64,000 nt of DNA from Marsupella aquatica (Eukaryota > Plantae > Marchantiophyta): positions 22,332,558 to 22,396,557 of the forward strand of contig OZ316895.1 of NCBI GenBank assembly GCA_973895155.1. Direction: 5' to 3'. This document shows positions 52,990-63,765 of this stretch, one piece after another (position 1 is the first letter of the stretch; the number at the start of each line of letters is the position of its first letter). The position numbers and the translations under genes were made by a program. The notes beneath the pieces are model-generated. The model was not told the origin of the DNA and ran no database searches. It was given only the letters and a program-made list of their open reading frames with translations.

Positions 52990-55231
52990 TGTTTTATGGG
53001 CACCAAAGAAACTCAGGATTTTAGTGACCCACTTGCCCTTTCTTGTGTGAGGGGATACATTTTCAGGTGTTAGAAAAAACTCTCCAAGAAGGAATTTACT
53101 AGTGAGGCACTTGCTTCTCTTGTATGAGGGGACACATTTGGGGTACATTTGGACTTGTTAGATAAAGTTGTGCATGGACCCCAAAAAGAAAAGTGTTATT
53201 TGATGGGACCTCTCACTAATCCAGACCATTAATAGACCCTTAATACACCTTAAATCAACATGAGGGGCTACAACTAATTATGCATAATGCTGGCATTCAT
53301 ACATCTAAAGGCCCAAGAGATTTCCTGATTTTATTATTTTTAGTAGAAGGAGATGCATCAAAAAATAAAAAGAGAAAGGTGATGAAGGGCATCAAGAATA
53401 TCAAATTAGTCACTGCTGACAGCCCAATTGTGAACCAGTTACTATACTTTCTTTCTTTTGGGACAAACAAGCTTTTGGCACAAAATAAACCCAGAGGTTT
53501 CCCGAACCACTTACTCTTCTTATATGACGGCAACACCAACAGAACACATTTTCACATGTTAAAGAAAGCTCTGCAAGGAGGAATTTGTCCTTCACGCTCA
53601 AGTACTCTCATTTTGTGAAGGTTCCTAAACTCCAAAGTAAGAGAGCATTAAGTTATTGAATTTGGTCCACGGCAGAAATTTGCTGTGGAGTAAATCTGTT
53701 TCTGGATAGACCAATATTATCTCACTTTGATCCCTGTCAGAAATAGAGAAAAAGTCTAGGGAGTAGATATATTTTTGTGATAGATGAAGTGTCAACTGCT
53801 CTAACTCTACCTGCTCTAGGTCAGCCTTGAGCTCCATTGTGACTTTCTGCTACGCCAAGGTAAGGTTCTTGGTAATAAGAAGGTTCCTGTCAAGGAGTTC
53901 GCATTTACTACCTACTTTTGAATTTTTTAATATCTTGCTTGCTCGGTACAACCCCAAGTGTAAGCTGTCCTTCTAGCCACTTGCATTGATACACTTGGGT
54001 TTGTACTAATCTTCAAGCTCTTGACCTCCCTACAGAAGCTTCCTTTCTTGCCTCACCTTGGCAGTCAAGCAGGTTGCACCTCCTTGATGATTGACTCAGC
54101 CTGCTTTCCTTATTCATTTGTTCTTTTGCCTTGACTGGGTAATTTAATGGGAAGAATTAAAGCCCACAACCTGACCTCCTTGCCTGACACGGATTTTTTT
54201 TTAGTCATAAGCTTGGATAGAATCTCCATCCCAAAACTTTTTTCTCAGATAAGATTTCCAAGCTTGCATGTGATCTATCTGAATATGCATTTTATCTAGT
54301 ATGACATGGATTTAGAAAACATTATTGACTTTCATACAAAATGCATTACGCATCTGCCAGAATTTCCCTGACAAGCTGCCATGGTCAACTTACATTATCC
54401 ATTGGGAGTGGCTTTCAGCTACCCTATGCTCAGGCAAAATGGTGCCAGAGGATCCTTTCAAACTCAAACCTGAGGTTCTATTATTGGAGACCTGGGAGAC
54501 TAAGAATGGCCAAACCCTCTCGGATGGTAAGTGGGACATGTAAAGGTTGGGACAGTGATTGATTAGGGCCGGGAGGTAGACTAGAAGATGTAGCTGCTCT
54601 TTATTATAATTTGTCTTGGAGGAAGGTTCATTTTGTAAGCTGTATCAGTCTATTCTCAGCTGAATTTTGAATTGCATCTAGACTTAATAGGAAACATCCA
54701 GAATAAAACTGCTATATGGTGAATCCATCTTCCAATATTTTGTCTTATTCAAACTTCTTTTCTTGTGTATTTTAATTCAATGTGTCTTACCAAGGTGCAT
54801 CCCTTGTATACTTTAGATTTTGAATTTAATCTGGCACCCCTATAAATTTTTCAATCTTTGCTATACTTTTGATCATCCACCCTTTAACAAAGCTCACTGA
54901 ATTTCTAGCCCTTAGTGAAGAAGAAATGATCTAATTAAAGTGCACCCCTCATGTTCTACTCATGGTTTTGTGTCCTAAATTTATGGTTTTAATTCATTTG
55001 AGTGTCATTATCTAAGATAAGTACACAAGTATCTTTACTGGTGTATAGTATGTGCAGAACCCAATACCATAGACTTAAATTTTTCCTGTTCATTATTACT
55101 TTTTTTACATGTGTACTTTTATTTTTGTACCTTATGTGCACAACTTTTCAAATTCAGCGCGATCCCAGTATCGATGCACATTAATGCATCGATACAGGAC
55201 GGATTACAGTCACGCGAGCCTGCTTACATGC

Positions 55232-55466
55232 GATTACCAGTTTTTGCAGTCAGTGGCGTTTCCGGGCAGCCTGTCCCTTGCCGTGAGGTGCCTCTGGGCA
55301 CCTTTCCCGAAGGGGCAAGACCGGGCTGTCCCTATCGCCTTGGCGCAGTATTCCGGGCCCATTTCAGCCAACCCGCCAAGCCATCGCCTCGCGGGCTGCT
55401 CTTCGACACTCGCCCTTGTTCAATTGTATGTACATGCCGTGACAATACTTTGTCAAAATTGACCAT
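55232..55466 (+). repeat. Left TIR (visible part)
   Basis: Reverse complement of 63766-64000 except at 55257/63975 and 55309/63923. Confidence 0.97.
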
Positions 55467-55727
55467 CCTCATATCCAAAATGAGTGAACATGAACACTTT
55501 TGCGTAGTGTTGAAAATTCCATTCCCGCCAGTCTCAGTTGTCTTGACCTATTGCACTCGTTACTTTCGCTTGGGGCATTCAGTGCTGAGGCGCATCGAGC
55601 GACTGTTGCGAACTGCAGTGTACTTCCATTCTGCAGAGATCGAGCTAGGTAACAAGCAAGGTTCGTTGTCAGTGCAAACCGGAGGAGTACAGCAAGAGTC
55701 CAAGGGATTCATTTATTTGGTAAGGCA

Positions 55728-56531
55728 ATGTCGATGACAACCCTGTTCGATGTGCACAATGCAGTAATGAGAGAGGACACAGGTTTTTTGGGTCCATGTT
55801 CTGTTGTGGTATTGAACTTTATCGCCACCAATCCTTTCCCCAAGAAATTTGTGTATCGAGGCTGCACTGAGGTCGTTCCAAGAGGTTTATGTAAGATCTC
55901 AATCGAAGGCCCCAGAGTGAACCATTGTGAGCACGACGCTTTACAGAGTGGACATTACAGTGAATTCTTTCGTTTTGAGGTGTTGTTGACGGATGCTACC
56001 TTGTATTCCCATTCTGGCAAGCCTGCTTTGAGAGCTGCAATTTGGGATGCTGCGAGAGATTTAGTGGGACTCTCTGCAACTGCCCTAGCTTGTATGGAGC
56101 CACTAGACCAGTTTCAGGTCATGCACGATTCCATGAAGGACGCACCGCTTTGCAATGTGAGGTTTCGGATTAATCGTGGTATTTTGTCTATCCATGAGTT
56201 GGAAATTGTGTCTTCAAACAGTACTTTGGCACAATCTCGTCTATGGACCCAAACTCGGACTCCGCGACGACAAGCATTGCGAGCTCCACACCTCTCACCC
56301 TGCCTACGCATGCCCAGTCAGGGATGCACCCAATCTAATGCAACTCAATTCAACAGCGCTGCACCAACGTCTGGTATTGTAGTGTCATCCCCGTGCCTAC
56401 CAATGCCGACACATTCACCAGTAACCGAATCCAAGGCAGCATCTTATGCCACGACTACATCAAGTGTCGGAGAAGTGTCAGACGTGGTACAAGCTGAACG
56501 AGGGAATGAAAGCATCAAAGACATCCCGTAG
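55728..56531 (+). CDS. Transposon accessory protein A: RPA70 DBD-C (Rep_fac-A_C)-like zinc-ribbon OB fold with Ser/Thr/Pro-rich tail
   Basis: 267-aa intronless ORF. TTLFDV..VVVLNFI..FVYRGC-x8-C..HCEH..FRFEVLLTDAT..LRAAIWDAARDLVGLSATAL parallels the RPA1 DBD-C pattern (KTIAEI..ATIVFI..WYPAC..C..CxxC..YILSLNVADHTG..LTLFDEVAEQIFGKSAEEL). Aligned by eye. Confidence 0.7.
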   Translation: MSMTTLFDVHNAVMREDTGFLGPCSVVVLNFIATNPFPKKFVYRGCTEVVPRGLCKISIEGPRVNHCEHDALQSGHYSEFFRFEVLLTDATLYSHSGKPALRAAIWDAARDLVGLSATALACMEPLDQFQVMHDSMKDAPLCNVRFRINRGILSIHELEIVSSNSTLAQSRLWTQTRTPRRQALRAPHLSPCLRMPSQGCTQSNATQFNSAAPTSGIVVSSPCLPMPTHSPVTESKAASYATTTSSVGEVSDVVQAERGNESIKDIP

Positions 56532-57048
56532 GGCACCATGTCATCCATTGTTCGACGACTAGCAGAAGCTTTTAGTGCATCCCTAGATGTGTATTCTGGG
56601 CGCAAGGGATAGTTTAGACTTGTTCTAGGCAAACATACATACATGTAGCCCGACATGTAGCCATTTTGGTTTTGCAAGTAGCCTCGGTCTTCTTGCTCTA
56701 TTGCAACTGAATGCAATATGACAGAACGCTAGACTGATGTCTGGTTGATTGAATATGTATGACGATGAAACAAAAGTTTGCATTTTCATCAATGTGATGT
56801 CATCCTTACTACTATGTAATTCATGTCAACACAGTTTTCTTTTTGAAACTGTCAAACAATTACTCTGTATAGTGTGGACTGGCAGGCACCTGCAGTTTTA
56901 TGCATGCCTCCACTTTCATGCCCTTCACTGTCCCGGTCATTGCCATTCCAAGGCTGACCGGTCTATATTGTATTCCCACCAAAATGTATATTGTATTGCA
57001 ACCATTTGTGAAGTGGATCATGTGACATTGCAACGTACAGTGTAACTC

Positions 57049-57101
57049 CATCTCACTCTGACTCTGTCAGTAACGCATCTCACTCTGACTCTGTCAGTAA
57101 C
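57049..57101. repeat. ~27-bp tandem duplication inside the transposon
   Basis: CATCTCACTCTGACTCTGTCAGTAAC twice. Confidence 0.85.
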
Positions 57102-57167
57102 AAAATTCAGTTCCATTCCCGCAATGATTTTCACTATTCATATATTGATTGCAGGTGTGACGATATA

Positions 57168-59197
57168 ATGCCACGAAGAAAGACTCAGGTACAACTACAA
57201 ACCCAACCCGCTCACGAATTAGTTCAGGAATTAGAACATGAGTACTGAGTTAGTGCCACACCACGCTAATGACTCGTAGACTCACGTAGTGCATGTGCTC
57301 CCATTTCAGGCTCCCAGGCCGGCTATGTGCAAACCCACCGTGCTCCACCATGGATCATCGGAGCCGGATGTGGATCATGATGTGGCAGTGGTCCCTGAGG
57401 CAAGACCGCATGCACTCGACCATGCTCGTGCCTACTCTGTTCAGTCTCCTGCCATCCTGCCTCAAACACATCAGCTGCTCCTAGTGGAGGACCCACCACC
57501 GGTCCCACAGGCTCAGTCCTCTGAACCCATGGACGTCAATAATTGTCCAGAGGACGAAACCCAGGCTGCGGGAGTCACACTACCGAGGCCATCCAAAATT
57601 GGTCCAAGGACATGTGGGAAGAGGAGGAGGTCAAATGCTGGAGTTCAATACCCCCCGCCAACACGTAACCCACGTAACGCAAGGACCACGGATGGCAGCT
57701 GCTCTCCCGAGCATGGACCTTTGCAATCGGAACAAAATTTCACCCCCAAGCGCGGACCTTTGTGCAGCTGTGTAGCAATGCCCGAAGCATGTGCAATGTG
57801 CAATTCGGTAAGTTGCACATTTCTTAAATCAGACATGTACATTAAAATTGTATATGTCAGTGGGAAGGCCTTCGACTCAAAGCACATAAGTTTTTTCTTT
57901 GTGAACAAGAGTCACGAGTCACCTGCAAAGCTGTAGAGGGAGTGCATTTTTGTGAAGAAGGCATTGGCGCTGTGTGCAAGACATTGCCGTGCAAGAATGT
58001 GCGTTTCAATAACCGTCGCACATATGGCTGCCATGTTTTCAAGAAGCATGGCCTCATCACTGAAGGCACCCCTCGATCCTTCTATACAAAACACATTGTT
58101 CCTCTGAATGGTGCCACATCGAACCAAGCAGGACCGCCTTTGTCCTCCAATTACGTTGACGTGAGGGGAACACTGCGACAAAGATGGAGCATTGCAAAAA
58201 GAAGGGTCAAGTACGTAGATCCGCAAAACAAAGGTCCCACTCATTCTGAATGTACCATGAATTGCATGATATTGTCTCCTGTCATAGGTGGCCAAGACGT
58301 ACTGAGTTCAAGGGCATGCAATTTGTGGTGCAGGGCAATGACTCACTCCAAGTACGTCATCCAATTTCAAGACAATCGTTTAAGAAACCCCCCGCCAACA
58401 GTTCCATCTGAACCTATGTTTATCATGTTCTTTGAGTTGATCATGCCAACTATTGGGTTCCAGGTGTGGGATAGTCTTCTCAATGACAGTGACTGGGCCT
58501 GCTTGCAATCCTTGGTTTTGCAATGCCCACATTCCGAAACCGTGTGTTCGTGGACCACCAAAGCTTTGTCTAATGTCGACCATACTGCCCATGGACACTT
58601 AAACAACTTTCAAGTCGAAAGACTAACCCGACTTGCTACAGTGTTGAGGAATTTCTTTGAACCAGTTCAAGGCTCAATTGATGCTCATTTGATCGATTAT
58701 GCAATGTCGCAGTCGAGACAGTACATGTGTGATGACGCTTTGAATTGGATGCGTATAAAGCGCGACAGTCTAATCTGGGATGAGGAACACGGATGGGGAA
58801 TTTATCAGACTCTAGGGGAAAAGGAGTACAAGCGCTGGAAGGAAGGGAACAAGCGGACTGCCATTGAATGTTACATACCCAATGTAGTGGCGACTTACAA
58901 GATAGTGCACCAATCTTGTACCGATGATTTTGCAATGGAGCAGGTACTTACCTTTTTTACTTTACATCAGTGCAATGTCCGTGTTTATATCACAGATTGA
59001 GCCTTAATGCTTAACTTTGTGATAACATTTGTCTAATGTATTCACTCACGAAAAGTGTTGGAGCTCAGGTTATGCTGGAGGCTGTGTGGACTGACACCTC
59101 AGACGACGAGCCAATAGATGAGTCTGATGGTGATAGAAAGGATGAGGAGCGTTGCCTTGACGAAGATGCGGCTGATCTGTTTGGAAATGTAGTGTAG
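57168..59197 (+). CDS. Transposon accessory protein B: unknown ~576-aa protein with a Cys-rich patch, C2H2-like finger and acidic tail (4 predicted exons)
   Basis: Exons 57168-57188, 57310-57807, 57861-58943 and 59069-59197 join in frame through GT-AG introns (intron 2 is only 53 nt). Finger CKTLPC-KNVRF-NNRRT-YGCH-VFKKH. C-terminus DTSDDEPIDESDGDRKDEE. Confidence 0.7.
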
Positions 59198-59744
59198 TAA
59201 TGGAATTTACTATATGTCAGTCCCATGTATTGGAGCACTGTTCATTTTGCACTTTTCGAACTTGCGTAGGTATTTAGAAGGGGCCCGCTAGAGGCAACCA
59301 TACATAGTCATGCTCCCCAGTGCCATGTAAAACCGATGCTATTCTGTGGATCCAGACAAAATAAACAATTTTTTCCGTCATTACCAATGCAATATATTTC
59401 CCTTTAATACCGTGTAAGGCGCGCATGACCCTGGAACTGTGACCAAAGACATTCATTTTCATTCAGACAATGTGGATTTTGTGTGAATACATTGTGGGGA
59501 ATCACTCATTTGCGGCCCCATGCAATGATTTTGCATGAGCACATTGTGTTTGCTGACTTGCGGCCCCATGCACAGTACCTTTGGGCTTGAAGACGATGAC
59601 TGGGTAAATGTTTTTGCACAAGTCAACTTGTGGGCTACAATTTTTTTTATCGCGCCATGCCTTTATATATGATGCCCATTCCTAAAATAGAACCAAAACG
59701 CGCGTGACCATAGCACATCGTGACAAAAATAAGTCTGAAATGGG

Positions 59745-59774
59745 TGTTCGATGTTCGATGTTCGATGTTCGATG
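59745..59774. repeat. (TGTTCGA)4 heptamer repeat between the convergent transposon genes
   Basis: Four perfect units. Confidence 0.9.
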
Positions 59775-60130
59775 ACACTACGTATCCACAATTGATACTA
59801 TTCCGAGCTCATCCTTAGGAGCAGTCGCTTGTCTTTCAGATGTCAATCCCGAAGAGAAGGCATGTAAGATTTCAGGGAAAGTGGGCGACATAGCCCACGT
59901 CTGGCTACAGCCTATGTGGATTTCACCAAGAATGTCCATGTTGACGTGACTCGCAGGGGCTTGAAGGACTCTTGATTTAGAAGCATCCGCAACTGCGGCG
60001 CGTAGTGGGAAGGGTGTAGCTGAGCGGTTCTTTTTGGTCTTGGCTGCCCTTGATGTGACGGGCTTTGCAGATTTGCCAATTACCTTAGCACTGTGGTCTG
60101 TGATGGCTGCGCACATGTCCCCCAGGGCTT

Positions 60131-63100
60131 CTATGGATTCCTTATCAAACTTAGCTTGGAATGATAAAGCTTTCTCTTTCGTTTAATCTGCAGTTTATCG
60201 GGGATGTTGTGGCCACGCACCATATTCCGAGGGTCCCCCTTAGGACTCGGGTCTTCATTCTCTTTGTTGCATGGCTCATTGCCGAGGTTCCCTTTCCGCT
60301 TGCGTCTACCCTTTGCACTCATCAACTTGTCAACCCAGCCGCGTTTCAGGACGGTCGATCTGTCTGTACCCTCAGTTGGAGTGAGTGTCTCAAGCGCAGT
60401 CTCAGGCTCCAGCCTCGCAACATTTTGTTGTGCCTCTCTGACAAACAAAGACTCCATCCAGTGCTTGAGCTCAATCAACCCTTGTTTGGCAAGGGTCGGG
60501 TGATATGAGATTTGATGGTAACATCTGGAGATAACCAATTCGAACTCCTCCAAAGGCGGAGAAAGGTCATCAACCTGGGTTGCGGCTTCCTCTGGTGCCT
60601 CCCACATATCTTCGCCATCATACATCAGACTCACATTGCCTACCTGCGTTGGCAATTCTGCACCTTCCCCATGCGCATCATTGAAGTGGTGGTCAAGCCC
60701 ACCCGAAAAGGACCCCATTTTTGTTCCAAGCCGATGGAGAATTTCCAACTCTGTCATTTTGTTTGTAAGCAACAAAACTTTGATCTGCACATCAACACAT
60801 GAAGGCCATGTAAGAATGCAAATGACGTCCGTGCCCGTAGTTTACATGCACTATTCAAAAGCATATAAGCGGAGCTGGTATGAAAATTACCTGATGCTTG
60901 CATGCATTTCCCTGTAATGAATACCCACATGTACATCCACAACTGTCTCTGTCCCAGTCCGTGACAAGATGCTCCTTGGTCCCAGGATTCTTCGAGGATG
61001 TGCTGCGAACGCATGCACATTGCGCCACCCCACACTGAAATGTTTGAACGTAATCATCTGGGATGGCTTTGGCTCTATTGAGGGACTTATGCACAAGCTG
61101 CTCGATTGTCTTGTTCCTGATGCGACCTTGGAACTTTTCTGCAGCAATACACCAATAGTGATTCTCGAGGACTCTCAGTCGACCAAGTAGCCATGGAATA
61201 GACCTACCTGTAATGCTGTACCTACCCGCCTTCAACTCCATTTTCAGGGTGTGGTGCCAACGTTCGATACCCCCGTTTGTATTTTGGTTGGCATGATGAT
61301 ACCCTCTTAACTTGACTGCCCATGAACAAACCTTATTGTGCCACTCTCTTTTGTAGTAAGCTACAAAAACAGGTTGGTTGTCGACCCACCGATCCATAAA
61401 GGCTTCCGACTCTTCTGTGATGTCTGAGAAGTAAAATGTTAGCACGGAACATGAGGATGACATATACAAATTTTGAAAAGTACATTTACTGTATATGGAT
61501 CCCATGGCAGGAATAATAAGCAACGAAACTCACCAGTCCCTTCAGAGTACATTATTGCTCCCAAATGTGCATTGATTTGGGCTTTGGCAAATGGGCAGAA
61601 TACTTTTGTGATTATATTTTTTGTCCAGGCACGTCGAACATGCCATGTGCAAAAAGTGATATGCACTTTTGGAAATACCTGTCTGTACACATGGCAAATT
61701 GCACTGTCAAAATGAAGTTCGCAAGTGGTTTTCATGTTACAAGGCACAGTGCTTGAAAGTAAATACTGAATTACTGTACCTGATAGCTTTTTGTTCCTCA
61801 TCTGCTACATCGATAATCCAACAATTAGGAGTCCAAGGAATGGGTAGATTCAGATCTGCCCTCCTAGCATTCACACAATCTTTCAAAGCCGTCAAGATTT
61901 GGCACACTTGCAGGGCTCCATAGGTTTGCAATAGAGCAAATGCTACAGGAATGGCGTTCTGGAATTTGTCGAAGACTACCACCGTGTAAAAGGAGAACTG
62001 CAATAAATAAGAAAACATGTTAGAAACACACGGAAATTGAATTCAATACGTAACAAACAGTCACTTTCTTCTCCAGGGCAATAAAACACATTCCAGTTCA
62101 GAGCTTACGCCAAAGTGATTGGTGCCAAAAGTTGCATCAAATGCAACAGGTCCTTCATGACCAAGTTGAGCTAGCTTCTTCTGCTGCCAAGGAGATGACC
62201 ACATGAGGATGAAAGGCTGGTTTTCCAATTTAATCTGTGGCTGATATAACAAAACTTGGTCGCCATTTTGAATGACCCACAATTGTATAGCTTGTGCTTC
62301 GTCAGAGCAGTAATCCGGTTGCCGCCGTCGCATTGAGTCCCTCACTGTTTGGACATCTCGTGGAGTAAGCTGCATATCCCTGGACATGATGACATCTGCA
62401 TCCTCGTCCGGGTGGTCTTTCCGCCATCTTGTAAGAATCTCTTCGAAGTGAGCATCAACAATTGCCCTGGCTGTCAAACCTGCTCTGAGGTAGCGTTCTA
62501 TTTTAGTCCGTAGCTTCAATGAAATTCTTGGGGCTATGTGTGCATTTGCTTCAAAGGCAGTGGAATCCTGCAGGCCATGGCAAACCAAATTCTGTCTATC
62601 CAAATGATCTTTGCGGATCCATCTGATCAATAGAGCCCCTGGACGATCCTCAAATTTTGTAGAAGTAAAAGAACATCTACATCCTCGGCGGACAGACATC
62701 CCTGCATGCACGAGAGGGAGGAATCTATAGTTTAGAGGGAGGAAAAGATTCGCACAAAAGAGAGAGTGTTATAGTCAAACACTGATTTAAAGAGGAAATT
62801 GGGCAGAATGAAACAAATGACAGCGAATGACTCATTGGAATTGAAGTGACCTGTTAATGTTTTCCTCTTTAGAAAAATGCCCGCCTCCTTAGATTTGAGT
62901 TTCTCAGGGACCTTGGTTGATTTCCAGCCTCGGTAATCTTCTGGACCAAAGCAACAGCAATACAAGGTTGTGGTCTTGACCAAAGGGCCAGTTCTGTAGA
63001 TTCGGTTCTCCACCATGTGTCGGGTGGTGAACTGAGTGTGGAAATTGTCTCGCATGTTCTCACCCCATATAAAATCTGTAAGCCTAGCCTCAGGAATCCA

Positions 63101-63523
63101 AGCGTAATCCTGTTTAGATCCAAACCATTGAAGAGCAGTGTATTCGAATTCCCCAAGAGGCGGAATCTGAATTCTATCACATGTTGAGTAGGTACAGTGG
63201 CTTCTGCGTATAGTAGGACATTTCCGTGGAAGGGAATCGCGCTTCATATGTGCATCCTCGTCCAAATTCAGGTCACGCACATGCTGTTCAATGCCATCTA
63301 GTGCATGTGCTACACGGGGTGCTACAGCATTTTCCGTTGTACTGACCTTAAATTCATCTTGCACTTCGTCGAACCTGTGTACCGGCAAGAATTTTGTTCC
63401 ATTGTTGAACGCGAGCATCCTTTGATGCAAAAAAGCATCGGACATTGGCATAGGCCCAGTATGGGACGAAGAGCCTGCATTGCACACGACTTCCCGCTGT
63501 CCAAGTGCCGCCAAAGTAGACAT
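60131..63523 (-). CDS. MULE DDE transposase with C-terminal SWIM finger, ~939 aa, 6 exons
   Basis: Exons 63523-62851, 62701-62109, 61997-61780, 61682-61534, 61423-60891 and 60784-60131 join in frame. Catalytic motifs: AFDATFGTN (D1), WIIDVADEE (D2), FCTWHVRRAW (CxxH), NTNGGIERWH (E). SWIM finger CTCGYSLQGNACKH. The N-terminal WIP..DFIWGE / YCCCFGPEDY / RRGCRCSF..H..CHG domain resembles the At1g60560/At4g13970 SWIM proteins. The start codon is uncertain. Confidence 0.92.
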
Positions 63524-63765
63524 GACACCAGTGAAGTCAGCAGTTAGCACGAGACGACTGCACGCGAGAGAATGACGAACTACCAATTTGCAGAACATTC
63601 CATTCCTCATGCGAAAATGTGAATGCTGTGGCAGGGAATGTGCAGAATGCCTTGCAGTCCGCCAGCACGAGGAATCAGCGAAACTCTGCAGACTACACCC
63701 ACGTTCTCTGCCATTCCAATCCCGCTCAAAACAAACTGTATTCATGTTTGAATGAGTACAAAGTA

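Noticed and set aside
55109-55737. ORFs of 208 aa and 117 aa across the left TIR, mirrored by 72-aa ORFs at 63726-63988
   Set aside because: They are translations of the GC-rich inverted repeat and have no protein-like features.
55728-56531. Nested Helitron as the explanation for the RPA-like ORF
   Set aside because: No Rep/helicase remnant or diagnostic 3' hairpin-CTRR end was seen near the ORF, which begins ~260 bp inside the TIR. This is not formally excluded without a family alignment.
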